Source: an uncultured delta proteobacterium (GTDB lineage: Bacteria > Desulfobacterota > WTBG01 > CAIYCZ01). From it: 64,000 nt of DNA. Positions 29,662 through 39,782 of this stretch are shown one piece after another. Location of the stretch: assembly GCA_963803975.1 (NCBI GenBank), contig CAWDOY010000014.1:1-64000 (forward strand), in the 5' to 3' direction. The number at the start of each line of letters is the position of its first letter. Position 1 is the stretch's first letter. Below the pieces are notes generated by a model. The model saw only the letters and a list, made by a program, of their open reading frames with translations, made no database searches and had not been told where the DNA came from. The position numbers were made by a program, and so were the translations under genes.

Positions 29662-30892
29662 ATGCCAGAGTACATATATAAAGCAAGCGACAACCTGGGA
29701 AAAATCATTGAGGGTATCATGAGCGCGCCCGAGGAAGGGGCGCTGGTGAGCAAGCTGCACAGCATGGGCTATATTCCCATTAGAATAAGCCCCTCATCGG
29801 CAGGGCAGAAGCTCTCTCTCTCAATGCGGTTTTCTTCCCTGGCGCTGCCGTTCAACACGGTCTCCGCGGTAGACCTGCTGGCCCTTACCCAGGAGCTTTC
29901 CACGCTGATAAAGGCCGGGCTGCCGCTGGACCGGACGCTGTCCATCCTGGTGGATCTTACGGAAAATGAAAAGCTGAAAAAGATCGTGCAGGAGGTGTTA
30001 AAGGATGTGCGGGGCGGACGCTCGTTTTCTGATGCGCTGGCGCAGCATCCGCGGGTCTTTGACCGCCTGTATGTGAATATGGTAAAGGCCGGGGAAGCGG
30101 GCGGCGTGCTGGATTTGGTCCTCGCACGGCTGCTTGACTTTCTGGAGCGCTCCCAGCAGCTCAAGAGCACGGTCTTAAATGCCATGATATATCCGATTAT
30201 TCTGGTCTGCTGTCATGGCCGTGGTGATTGTGGTGATGCTTTTGTTTGTGATACCGCGCTTCACCATGATCTTTGAGTCAATGGGCAAGGCGCTGCCCCT
30301 GCCGACCCAGATACTGCTCTCGTTCAGCACCGCAGTGCAAAGTTACTGGTGGCTGTTTCTGGGCCTGGTGGTCCTGCTGTATATAATCTTTCAGCGCTGG
30401 TGCGCGACAGAGCGGGGGCGGCTGGCCTGGGACACGTTCAAGCTTAAGCTTCCCTTCCTCAAGACCCTGATTTTAAAGATAGAGGTTGCCCGGCTTTCAC
30501 GCACCCTGGGGACCCTCATCAACAGCGGCGTTCCGCTGCTGCAGTCGCTTACCATCGTCAAGGAGGTTATTAACAACGTGGTCATCTCCCAGTCGATTAC
30601 CGATATCAGCAAGGGCGCCAAGGAGGGCAAGGGTGTTTCCGGCCCGATGCGGGCAGCGGGTGTTTTCCCTTCCCTGGCAATGCACATGATACGCGTGGGA
30701 GAAGAGACCGGACGGCTTGACGAAATGCTTATACGCGTTGCCGACACCTATGATATGGATATACAGAACACCGTCAAGCGTTTTATTTCCGTGCTGGAGC
30801 CGCTGCTGATACTGGTCATGTCATTCCTGGTCGCCTTTATTGTGCTGTCAATCATCTGGGCTATCTTGAGCATTAATGATATCGCACTGTAG
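29662..30892 (+). CDS. gspF: Type II secretion platform protein GspF, one indel near 30210
   Basis: AGLPL, MVKAGEAGG.L, AMIYP, LPLPTQ, GEETGRLD, LEP; two ORFs join. Confidence 0.92.
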
Positions 30893-30968
30893 GGTACCAC
30901 CGGGGATCGAAGCATGCTGCGGTATCGCACCGGATTTATCGTTTTCACGTGAGGAGGATTTACCAAAG

Positions 30969-31424
30969 ATGAAAAGAAACGATGCAGAGAAACGCAGAAG
31001 AAGAGAACAGGGTTTTACCCTCATTGAGCTGTTAATTGTTATCATCATCCTGGGGCTGCTTGCGGCCCTGGTCGCGCCGCGCATGTTCGGCAAGGTGGGA
31101 TCGGCAAAGCAGAAGACCGCCAAGGCGCAAATTGAACTGTTCTGCACCGCCATTGATACCTTCAGGCTTGACATGGGGAGATTTCCTAAAGATTTGGAAG
31201 AGCTGGTAAAAAAGGTGGATGACACCAAATGGGAAGGCCCGTATCTGCCCAAAGCGATTCCCCTGGACCAGTGGGGGCACCCCTATGAGTACAAGTGCCC
31301 GGGGGAAGACGGGCGCGATTATGACATCATCTCCTATGGCGCGGACGGCACCTCCGGCGGCGAGGCAGAGAATGCCGATATTGTGAGCTGGAAGGTGCTG
31401 GGCGCACAAGAGAAAGAAGGATAG
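30969..31424 (+). CDS. gspG: Major pseudopilin GspG
   Basis: QG|FTLIELLIV, WEGPYL, DQWGHPYEY, SYGADG; GAGGAGG RBS. Confidence 0.95.
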   Translation: MKRNDAEKRRRREQGFTLIELLIVIIILGLLAALVAPRMFGKVGSAKQKTAKAQIELFCTAIDTFRLDMGRFPKDLEELVKKVDDTKWEGPYLPKAIPLDQWGHPYEYKCPGEDGRDYDIISYGADGTSGGEAENADIVSWKVLGAQEKEG

Positions 31425-31433
31425 AAAACCGGC

Positions 31434-32009
31434 ATGAAGAGCAGGAGCCCGCGGCCGGCCAGCAAAGGCTTTAGCTTGATTGAGCTCATGATTGTCCTGG
31501 TGATCATGAGTTTTGTCCTTGCGTTAGCCGGTCCCGCGGTCACCAGAGGCTTAAGCGGGCTGACCTTGAAGACCGCTGCCAAAAAGGTTGCCGCGGCGCT
31601 TCGCTATGCCCGCAGCCAGGCAGTCAGCCGCTCACAGCCTTACAGCGTAATCTTTGACCGTGATTACAACCGGGTCGTAATCCGCGGCATCCCCCAGCCG
31701 CTGACCCCGGACCAGACAGAAGCAGCGGAAGAAGATCCCGGCATGGAAGCAGAGAGCGCTGCGGAGGCAGCGAAAAAAAAGCCGGAAATAAAAGTTGTTT
31801 CTCTTCCCGAGGGCATTACCCTCACGGAGATTACGGTCGGCGGCAAAGAGATAACCGCAACCAAAGAGGAGCTGGCGCAAATGGTGTTCTATTCTGATGG
31901 CACCTCACAGGGCGGGGAGCTGGTGCTTGCCGACAGCCGGGACCGAAAGTTTCGGGTAAGCGTTGCCTTTTTAACCGGAGTGGTGACCCTTGAAGAGCAG
32001 GAATCCTGA
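31434..32009 (+). CDS. gspH: Minor pseudopilin GspH
   Basis: KG|FSLIELMIV, ARSQAV, FYSDGTSQGG. Confidence 0.88.
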   Translation: MKSRSPRPASKGFSLIELMIVLVIMSFVLALAGPAVTRGLSGLTLKTAAKKVAAALRYARSQAVSRSQPYSVIFDRDYNRVVIRGIPQPLTPDQTEAAEEDPGMEAESAAEAAKKKPEIKVVSLPEGITLTEITVGGKEITATKEELAQMVFYSDGTSQGGELVLADSRDRKFRVSVAFLTGVVTLEEQES

Positions 32010-32445
32010 CCCCTCGCCCCGCGGCGACGGGGGGTTTACGCTGCTGGAAGTATTGCTGGCCGTCATGATCCTGGCCATTACCGTAACGGTGCTGCTGCAG
32101 CAGTTCTCCGTAGCCCTCCGGGCCAGCACCACCTCGCAGGAGGTAACCCGGGCCATGCTTCATGCTAAGCAGAAGATTGAAGAATTAAAGATGGCGGACG
32201 AGCTGGCTGAATCAGCACAAAGCGGAACCTTTGGCGACGGCTATGATTGGGAGACGCGGATTGTGCCCTATACGCACGAAGCAGCCCCTGAAGATGAACA
32301 GGCCTACAAGAACTTAAAAATAGAGACCTTCCAGCTTGAGTCAATAGTGAAATGGCGCGTGGGCGAACGCGTCCGGCAGGTAGCAGTGACGACGTTAAAG
32401 ACGGTCCGAAAAAAAGAATGGAAGCAAGGCAACCAGTTTTTCTAA
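31990..32445 (+). CDS. gspI: Minor pseudopilin GspI
   Basis: GG|FTLLEVLLA; operon position. Confidence 0.82.
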   Translation: MKSRNPDPSPRGDGGFTLLEVLLAVMILAITVTVLLQQFSVALRASTTSQEVTRAMLHAKQKIEELKMADELAESAQSGTFGDGYDWETRIVPYTHEAAPEDEQAYKNLKIETFQLESIVKWRVGERVRQVAVTTLKTVRKKEWKQGNQFF

Positions 32446-33134
32446 CTGTTCTCCGTGCTGCGCGACAGCGCCATCTGCGCGGGTTTACGCTCATAGAGAT
32501 GCTGCTTGCCATCACTATTTTTTCCCTGGTGATCGGCGTTATCTTTTCCTCGTTTCGTCTCGGGTCCAGCGCCTGGGAAAAGGGTGAGCGCGATCTGGAG
32601 CTGTATCAGGAGATCCGCGCCGTTACGGATCTTCTGTACAGGGAAATCCGCTCCTGCTTTCCCTATACCCTGACCCCGGGAGAGCTTGACAAACACGTAA
32701 AGTTTTATGCTTTTTTTGGTGAGCCGCATGCATTGAAATTTGTCTCCTCAGCAAACCTGTACAATACGCTGCACGGGCTTTCCTATCTTGAGTTCTGGGT
32801 GAAAGACGGCTCCGGGCTCATGGCCGGAGAAGACCTGGCCCTGGGAGAAGACCTGGCAGAGCGTGCACTGCGTGACAAGGACCGGGCCGTAGTGGTTGGC
32901 CCTGAGGTAAAACAGATTCAGTTTCGTTATTTTGACCAGAAGAAAAAGGATGAGAAGGGCGAATGGGTGCAGTCCTGGGATCCCAAGACTAAAGTCGACA
33001 GAGAGCTGCGCCTCCCGCGCGCGGTCGAGGTGAGCCTGACCTTTGATATGGGCAACGGCAGAGTGTTCAATCAGGAGATTATCATTCCCATAGGGCTTGA
33101 TACCATTGCCTCCATGTACAATTACGGCATCTAG
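32418..33134 (+). CDS. gspJ: Minor pseudopilin GspJ
   Basis: RG|FTLIEMLLA, W..SWD, LPRAV. Confidence 0.85.
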   Translation: MEARQPVFLTVLRAARQRHLRGFTLIEMLLAITIFSLVIGVIFSSFRLGSSAWEKGERDLELYQEIRAVTDLLYREIRSCFPYTLTPGELDKHVKFYAFFGEPHALKFVSSANLYNTLHGLSYLEFWVKDGSGLMAGEDLALGEDLAERALRDKDRAVVVGPEVKQIQFRYFDQKKKDEKGEWVQSWDPKTKVDRELRLPRAVEVSLTFDMGNGRVFNQEIIIPIGLDTIASMYNYGI

Positions 33135-33291
33135 GGCCTGTTTGTTGAAAAAGTTGTTTTTCCCAGGCTGGTGAAAAATGCACAGCTGCAAGGCTCCCGA
33201 AATCCTCGAGAAGTGAGGCGTACATTCAGGGTGCGCCGCAACGACGAGGGATGAGGGAAATGCGCAGATGGGCGTTTTGCAACAGCCTGCT
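33135..33291. mobile_element. MITE-like non-coding repeat, copy 1, inside the gsp operon
   Basis: caggctggtgaaaaa...ttttgcaacagcctg inverted ends; internal blocks shared with 45890-46040. Confidence 0.7.
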
Positions 33292-33341
33292 AAGGGCCTG
33301 CGGGTATTCGAACACCTGCCGCAGGCAGGATACGCACTATC

Positions 33342-34460
33342 ATGAACAACGACAAGGGCATTGCACTGTTACTGGTGCTCTGGGTCATAACCCTGCTCAC
33401 CGTTATCTGTGCTGAGTTTTCCTGGACCATGCGCACTGAGACCGTTATCACCAGAAACTTCAGGGACGGCGAACAGGCTGCCTACTGTGCTGAAGCAGGC
33501 ATTAACAAGGCCATTGTGGAACTGATGAGAAACATGAGCCGGCCGCCGTCACGCAGCACCCTGGAAGAACCGGACAAGGAGGAGCCGCCGCTGGTCTGGG
33601 AGCCCGGCATAGGACCCATAAACTTTAGCTTTGGGGACTATACCTGCGCCGTCTCAATTGAAGATGAGAATAATAAGATTGGCATAAATGCATTTTTACG
33701 CGAGGCGAAAAAGAACCCGGCTAAGCTGAAGGCCCTGCTCGATGAAAAAATCGGACTGGAAGGTGAAGAGCGCGATACGGTTGCCGATTCCATGATCGAC
33801 TGGTGGGACGCTGACCACGAGATCACCGGGGTAAACGGCGCTGAACAGGACTATTACCGCTCCCTGGCTGAACCCCATGAGTGCCGGGACGGGGAACTGC
33901 CGGTGATGGAAGACCTGCTGCTGGTTAAAGGCATTGACGAACGGATCTTCTATGGTGATGCCGGTAACCCGGCGTATGCTGCCAGCCTTGGTGCTGATGA
34001 ACTGCAGGCCCTGCTCACCGGAGAAGACGGGGGGCAGGACGCGGTGGCTCAGCAGCAGGAAAAAGCAACAGCGCGGGATGAACAGGACGAGCAAAAGAAG
34101 CGCAACCTCGGTTTGGTTAATATTTTTACGACGTTTTCCACCTCTACCACATTTAAAATCGATATCAATACCGCTTCGGCAGCGCAGCTGCAGCTGCTGG
34201 AGGGCATGGATGCTGAGACAGCACAAATGATCGTGCGTGCGCGCAAGGAGAAGCGGTTTGCGTCGCCTGCCGACCGGCTGCCGGAATTCAAAAACTATGA
34301 GGTGTGGAAAAAGGATATAACCTTAGGCAGCGCGGGCGAGGCTCGCTACTATAGAATCAAAAGCCGGGGACTGGTCGAAGCAGCCAGCCGGAATATTACC
34401 GGTGTGGTCCTGTTGACCAGGAACAACTTTTTCATTATGCACTGGCAAGAGGGAAGCTAA
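33342..34460 (+). CDS. gspK: Minor pseudopilin GspK
   Basis: KG|IALLLVLWV, DSMIDWWDAD, GAEQDYY, LLLVKGI, DINTA. Confidence 0.9.
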   Translation: MNNDKGIALLLVLWVITLLTVICAEFSWTMRTETVITRNFRDGEQAAYCAEAGINKAIVELMRNMSRPPSRSTLEEPDKEEPPLVWEPGIGPINFSFGDYTCAVSIEDENNKIGINAFLREAKKNPAKLKALLDEKIGLEGEERDTVADSMIDWWDADHEITGVNGAEQDYYRSLAEPHECRDGELPVMEDLLLVKGIDERIFYGDAGNPAYAASLGADELQALLTGEDGGQDAVAQQQEKATARDEQDEQKKRNLGLVNIFTTFSTSTTFKIDINTASAAQLQLLEGMDAETAQMIVRARKEKRFASPADRLPEFKNYEVWKKDITLGSAGEARYYRIKSRGLVEAASRNITGVVLLTRNNFFIMHWQEGS

Positions 34461-34497
34461 GAGTGTCAATCATTGTGACAGGAATCGTACTAAAGCC

Positions 34498-36066
34498 ATG
34501 CAGAGCATAGGACTCCTCATTAAAGACGAGCAGATGGTGCTGGTATGCCTGAAACAGGGGCTGCGCGCCACCTGGCTGGAAGGCTATGAAACAATGCCCC
34601 TGGGGGAGCTCAAGGGAGAAGATCGGGATGAGGCGCTTCTCTACAACCTTGAGCGGTTTCTCAGGCTTCACCCGGGCGGACGCGACAACCTGTTTCTGGC
34701 ACTCTCCCGGGACAAGGTGCTGATGCAGGCAGTCTATCTGCCCCTTGCCGTGGAGGAAAACCTCGGCAGCGCTTTAAACTATGAAATGGACCGGCTCACG
34801 CCGTTTTCCCTGGATGCCATCTATTTCGACTACTATATACTGAAGCGCTTTCCGGCACGAAATCAGCTCTATCTGATGCTTATCGTGGTTAAAAAAGAGG
34901 TGGTTGACAATTACCTCAATCTGCTTAAAAAAATTGGCGTGCGCCCCCGCGGCATCGAGCTGACCTCCACGGCGCTCTTCAACATCCATACAACCGGCCG
35001 TCATGGCGCAGACAAGCTCTGGTCAAAAAAAGACCTGCTGCTGCAAAGCACCCTCCTGGCAAAGCTGGAGAAGGCTGTCCCGCAGCTCTTTCCGCAGGCG
35101 CTGCAAGGCACCGCAGGCAGCGGGGAGGCCGCGGCACCGGCGCTTGAGGTTTTGGTTTCCTATCTTAACGGCCACCTGGAACTCAACTTGGTAAGTGATG
35201 ACACGCTCTACTATGCGCGCTCCCTGCCGGTTGCGGCGAGTGACCGGGAGAATGCCAAAGAGCACCAGGCAAACCTCTACCTGAGCGAGATCCAGCATGA
35301 AATCCAGCGGGGCATGCTCAACCTTCCGGAGCATACGGAGCTAGAGCGTTCGGTCCGGGTTCTTCTTTCCGGGAAGGACCTGGATGAAGCGTCCCTTATC
35401 GAGCAGTCTGCGCCTGCGGGACTGGAGGTCAGCGTCATGCGGGATGCTGCTATCAGCGTACGCGAAGCGGCTGATCAGCGCCAGCTGCCGCTGCTGTCCA
35501 TAGTGCTGGGCCTTGCCCTCAAGGGGGTGCGGCGGGTACCGCTGGATATCAATCTCATGCCCGTTGCCCTGCGCCCGAAAAAGAAAAAGAGTAAAAAAAA
35601 GATTGCTGCAGTGGTGGTATCCTGTCTCGTCGTACTGCTGGCCGGCGGGCTCCTGATAACGAATATTCTGCAAACCAATGCCCGCATTACGGAGCTGGAT
35701 GCACAGCTGGCTGAATTAAAAGTGGCGGCGCGGGCGGTAGAGGCGCTGCAGAAGGAAATTGAGCAAACAGAAAAATACGATGCCGAGATAAAACAGATAA
35801 AGGATGCGGATGTATCAAAGCTGAAAATTCTGGAAGAGCTCACCATGCTTATTCCGGATGACAGCTGGCTTACTGATTTTGAATTTAACGGGGACGAAAA
35901 AAAGATTATTCTCTCAGGGTATTCTACCTCGGCTTCTAAACTGATCCCCATTCTTGAAGATTCAAAGCTGTTTGAAAAGGTAAAATTCACCTCGCCTATC
36001 ACCAAGGGCGGCGGGGTAAAAGAAAATTTTAAAATCGAGCTGACGCCGGAAGCAGCTAAAAAATGA
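34498..36066 (+). CDS. gspL: GspL/PilMN-like assembly protein
   Basis: Actin-like N-terminal region (MDRLTPF), INLMP, TM, coiled coil, PDDSWL PilN-like C-terminus. Confidence 0.78.
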   Translation: MQSIGLLIKDEQMVLVCLKQGLRATWLEGYETMPLGELKGEDRDEALLYNLERFLRLHPGGRDNLFLALSRDKVLMQAVYLPLAVEENLGSALNYEMDRLTPFSLDAIYFDYYILKRFPARNQLYLMLIVVKKEVVDNYLNLLKKIGVRPRGIELTSTALFNIHTTGRHGADKLWSKKDLLLQSTLLAKLEKAVPQLFPQALQGTAGSGEAAAPALEVLVSYLNGHLELNLVSDDTLYYARSLPVAASDRENAKEHQANLYLSEIQHEIQRGMLNLPEHTELERSVRVLLSGKDLDEASLIEQSAPAGLEVSVMRDAAISVREAADQRQLPLLSIVLGLALKGVRRVPLDINLMPVALRPKKKKSKKKIAAVVVSCLVVLLAGGLLITNILQTNARITELDAQLAELKVAARAVEALQKEIEQTEKYDAEIKQIKDADVSKLKILEELTMLIPDDSWLTDFEFNGDEKKIILSGYSTSASKLIPILEDSKLFEKVKFTSPITKGGGVKENFKIELTPEAAKK

Positions 36067-36079
36067 GAGGGACCAGAAC

Positions 36080-36646
36080 ATGCCGTTAAAGATTTCTGCT
36101 CGGGACAGACGGTTTCTTATGGTTGGTGCCGTGGCCGTGGGCCTCTTTGTGCTGATTAAATTCATCTTCTTTCCGGCCGTTGATAAATTCTCCAGCCAGA
36201 AAGAAGATCTGGCGTTCAAGGAAGCAGCGGTTGAAAAATATACCCGCATCATCGGCAAGCAGGACGAGCTGCAAAAAAAGCTCCGGCTCCTGAAAAAAGA
36301 TGATGTGAAGATAAGTAACAGCCTGTTGAAGGGGGAAACCCCGTCTCTGTCTGCTGCGGATATTCAGAAAAGCATAGACCGGATTGCCACCAGCAGCACG
36401 ATTGAGATTCAGAGCGTTAAGGTTATGGACTCGGGCAAGCAGGCCGACCTGGTCACCGTTCCCATCCAGGTGCGCTTTACCACTGATCTGAGCCGGATGA
36501 AAAACTTTGTCTACAGTATTGAGACCGGCCAAAAACTCTTGACAATTCCAAATCTTAAAATTAGTGTAAGGAATCGCAGAGAGCCCCGGGAGGTTATTGT
36601 TACCGCCGTGGTCTGCGGTTTCATGAAGAAGGAAGAAAAAGGTTAA
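36080..36646 (+). CDS. gspM: GspM/PilO-like assembly protein
   Basis: SARDRRFL followed by TM, coiled coil; operon position. Confidence 0.75.
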   Translation: MPLKISARDRRFLMVGAVAVGLFVLIKFIFFPAVDKFSSQKEDLAFKEAAVEKYTRIIGKQDELQKKLRLLKKDDVKISNSLLKGETPSLSAADIQKSIDRIATSSTIEIQSVKVMDSGKQADLVTVPIQVRFTTDLSRMKNFVYSIETGQKLLTIPNLKISVRNRREPREVIVTAVVCGFMKKEEKG

Positions 36647-36654
36647 ATGCCGAT

Positions 36655-38961
36655 ATGATGCCACGTTATCCCGTGCTAACCGCCACCCTGCTGCGCTCAG
36701 TAAAAAATCATTTCTGGGTCGCCGGATTATGGCTGCTTGTTTTCTGCATCAGCTGTGCCGGCACGCCGGCAGCAAAAACACCTGCTGCACCCGCTCCCCG
36801 GCCGCAGCGCAGCGCTGAAAAACCGGGCACCCCGGCCGCTCCGCAGTCTGAGTCTATTGTTGAAGCCGGCGAGACGCAGCCGGTCGATACGCAGCGCACT
36901 ACCCCGCTGCAGCGTCGTGAGCAGCAGAAGCTGCGCACCACGTCTGCACAAAAAACACCTGCCGCGGAACCCGGGGGGAAACAGAAAATAGCCCTGGACT
37001 TTGATGATGCGGATATTTACGAAGTGATAAATGCCCTCTCTGATGTCCTCAATATAAATTATGTCATAGACCCGGCAGTGCGCGGCAAGGTCAATATCCA
37101 TACCAGCGGCGAAATAGACAAGAGCCAGCTGATGCCCATCATGGAAACGATCTTCAAGATCAACAACATTGCTGCGGTCAAAACCGGCAGCATCTACAAA
37201 ATCGTCCCCCTCAAGGAGGCAAAATCAGCAGTCCCCGAAGTGGGCATCGGAACTGCCCTTGAATCTGTGCCCTCGCTCGACCGGGTTATTATTCAGATAG
37301 TACCCCTGCGTTTCATTCCTTCAGCAGAAGCGATAAAGGTTATGAAGCCCTTCATCAGCCCGGGAGGCGATATCCAGGAATTCAGCAAGGGCAACATCCT
37401 CATCATCGTGGACACCTCGGCAAATGTAAAAAAGCTGCTGAGCTTTATTGATGTGATGGATGTCGATACCTTCGAGCAGATGCAGGTGCGTTTTTTCAAG
37501 GTAAAAAACGCCGATGTGAAGGACATGGCAAAGGAGCTGGAAGGCCTGTTCACCTCTGTTGGGTTTGCCAAATCATCAGAAAAGGGGATTGGCGTCTCTT
37601 TCATCCCCATCGAGCGGGCCAGCTATATTCTGGCCGTGAGCTCCATTCCCGGGGTCATGGAAAAAGTTGAGCACTGGGTTTCGATGCTCGATGCAGTTGA
37701 AACCGGCAATGAAGAGCAGGTATTTGTCTATTTTCTGGAGAATGCCAAGGCCACTGATATCGCCGATGTGCTGGGCAACCTCTACGGCGAGGGAGCCGGC
37801 GCGAAATCCTCCTCAACGACCCCGAAGACAAAAAAGGATACAACCTCACGCACCGGCCAGTCGTCAATGTCGAGCAGGAATCGGAATACCCGGGACCGGC
37901 AGCAGCAGACCGGCTCCTCCAGAAGGGATACCGGTACCGGCGGCGGGGTTACCGGAGTGACCGGGATGCTCCAGGCTGAGATCAAAATAGTAACTGATGA
38001 GACCACTAACTCGCTCATCGTCCGCGCCCTCCCGGTAGATTATGCGGTCATCAAGGAAACCATTCAAAAGCTTGATGTGGTCCCCAAACAGGTGCTCATT
38101 GAGGTGCTCATTGCCGAAGTAAGGATGACGGGAGACACGGAATTCGGCGTGGAGTGGGCGCTCAGAAACCCTAACACGAGCCTCGGCGGGTACAAGGGCG
38201 AAAGCCGGACCGAGACGACCTACGGGCTTGGCGGCCTCGGAACCGACCTGGGAACCGCCCTCAACAAGGGGTTCAGCTACCGCTTTGGTTCAGACCGGCT
38301 GCAGGCTTTTCTCGTCGCCCAGGCGAGCCAGAACAAGCTCAATATTCTTTCCTGCCCGCAGATTCTGGCCGCCGACAACAAGGAGGCGCGCATCGAAGTG
38401 GGTGAAGAAGTGCCCATTGTCACCAGTGAGTATGTGCCCCTGACCACCGACAACGTCGACCAGACCTCCCGCTCCATCGAGTACCGGAACACCGGCGTAA
38501 TCCTGACGGTTACCCCCCGGATTAACGACAAGGGCCTGGTATCAATGGATATCGAGCAGGAAGTGAGCAAGGCTCAGCCCATCGTGGCCGGCGGCATACA
38601 GTCTCCGACCATAACCAACCGTAAGGCACAGACCTCGCTCGTAGTGCAGAATGCAACCACCATCGTCATCGGCGGCCTCATCGGCCAGGAATCATCCAAA
38701 ACCGTGTCCGGCATACCGTTTCTTTCAGGCATACCGCTGCTGGGCTATTTTTTCAGCGACACCAAAAGCAGTAAAACTAAAGCAGAGTTGATAATAATAA
38801 TAACCCCGCATGTGGTCACCAATATTAATGAAGCGGAAATCATCTCCCAGGATTTCAGAAACAAGGTAGGCCAGATTAAAAAGCTTATCCGGAAAAGTGA
38901 TGAAAAATGGCTGAAGGACTACCGGATTGAAAACGGAGAAATGCCCGCGGAGAAAGATTGA
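36655..38961 (+). CDS. gspD: Type II secretion secretin GspD (possible lipoprotein)
   Basis: LDFDDADI, QVLIEVLIAEV, DNKEARIEVGEEVP, GIPFLSGIPLLGYFF, ELIIIITPHVV; Cys in ISCAG. Confidence 0.95.
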   Translation: MMPRYPVLTATLLRSVKNHFWVAGLWLLVFCISCAGTPAAKTPAAPAPRPQRSAEKPGTPAAPQSESIVEAGETQPVDTQRTTPLQRREQQKLRTTSAQKTPAAEPGGKQKIALDFDDADIYEVINALSDVLNINYVIDPAVRGKVNIHTSGEIDKSQLMPIMETIFKINNIAAVKTGSIYKIVPLKEAKSAVPEVGIGTALESVPSLDRVIIQIVPLRFIPSAEAIKVMKPFISPGGDIQEFSKGNILIIVDTSANVKKLLSFIDVMDVDTFEQMQVRFFKVKNADVKDMAKELEGLFTSVGFAKSSEKGIGVSFIPIERASYILAVSSIPGVMEKVEHWVSMLDAVETGNEEQVFVYFLENAKATDIADVLGNLYGEGAGAKSSSTTPKTKKDTTSRTGQSSMSSRNRNTRDRQQQTGSSRRDTGTGGGVTGVTGMLQAEIKIVTDETTNSLIVRALPVDYAVIKETIQKLDVVPKQVLIEVLIAEVRMTGDTEFGVEWALRNPNTSLGGYKGESRTETTYGLGGLGTDLGTALNKGFSYRFGSDRLQAFLVAQASQNKLNILSCPQILAADNKEARIEVGEEVPIVTSEYVPLTTDNVDQTSRSIEYRNTGVILTVTPRINDKGLVSMDIEQEVSKAQPIVAGGIQSPTITNRKAQTSLVVQNATTIVIGGLIGQESSKTVSGIPFLSGIPLLGYFFSDTKSSKTKAELIIIITPHVVTNINEAEIISQDFRNKVGQIKKLIRKSDEKWLKDYRIENGEMPAEKD

Positions 38962-39159
38962 GGTCCCTGGCTTGTCACGCCGGAGACGCGGGTTCATGCC
39001 TCGTCGTCCCCGTCACTACTGATGCGGGTTTGGCTTATATGGTCAAACCCGCATTTTCTATTTGGTCGCGTATAGTGCACGTCCCGTTGCGCCATCATCA
39101 AACAAGTCAACCGCCTCTTTATTACCTTCAGGGGGATAAAAGGGGATATATAACAGCGC

Positions 39160-39352
39160 CCTTTAATAGCTCTCCTGCTGTGGTCTTCCGGGGCCAAACA
39201 CTCAAGTGAGCGCTTCAGTTTTCTCTCAAGCCCCTTAACAAACTTCAGTACAGTAAAAGGCAAAATCGCCAGCACATCATGCTGATAGTTTCCGCGCCGA
39301 GCAATATGGTGGGGAATATTTTTGGTATTACGATGTGTGATAGTCGTGGCAT
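39160..39352 (-). pseudogene. Internally deleted REP-associated tyrosine (Y1) transposase remnant
   Basis: MPRLSHIVIP / NIPHHIARRGNYQHDV resembles the RAYT N-terminus and is joined to FVKGLERKLKRSL, resembling a RAYT C-terminus; no HUH core. Confidence 0.55.
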
Positions 39353-39596
39353 GGGCTGGGATCATATGCCGGGAAAGCAGTGAAAGCCACAACAAAGGGC
39401 GTTGCCCCCTTTTCCCATTTAAGCCCCCGGTGCAGAGTCAGCCCCGGCAGATGTGCATGGTTTTTCAGGGGAGATAACAGAGAAAAAATTGTGACTTCTA
39501 AATGAAGTGTTAAACAACTTGGGCAGAGTTGGTCAATGCGCTTGATAGCAGTAAGCGCGCATTTTGACCAATCAGGTGACACCACAAGATGTTGTA

Positions 39597-39628
39597 AAAA
39601 GGCAGGGCCATTGCTGACCCTGCCTTCC
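39597..39628 (-). terminator. Intrinsic terminator-like hairpin
   Basis: aaggcaggg-ccattgctga-ccctgcctt with a U tract on the minus strand. Confidence 0.55.
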
Positions 39629-39782
39629 TCACCCCGTTTTATCTTTTATAGGAGTCTTAAGCGTCAATGATGCCGACCATGAAAGCATGCCTTTTTACTA
39701 GGAATGGCTCACCACAATATATAGAAAAAGGTAACGGCATCAATGCCCTTGTTTTTTATTGCTACCCTTTTATTTTGAAAGA

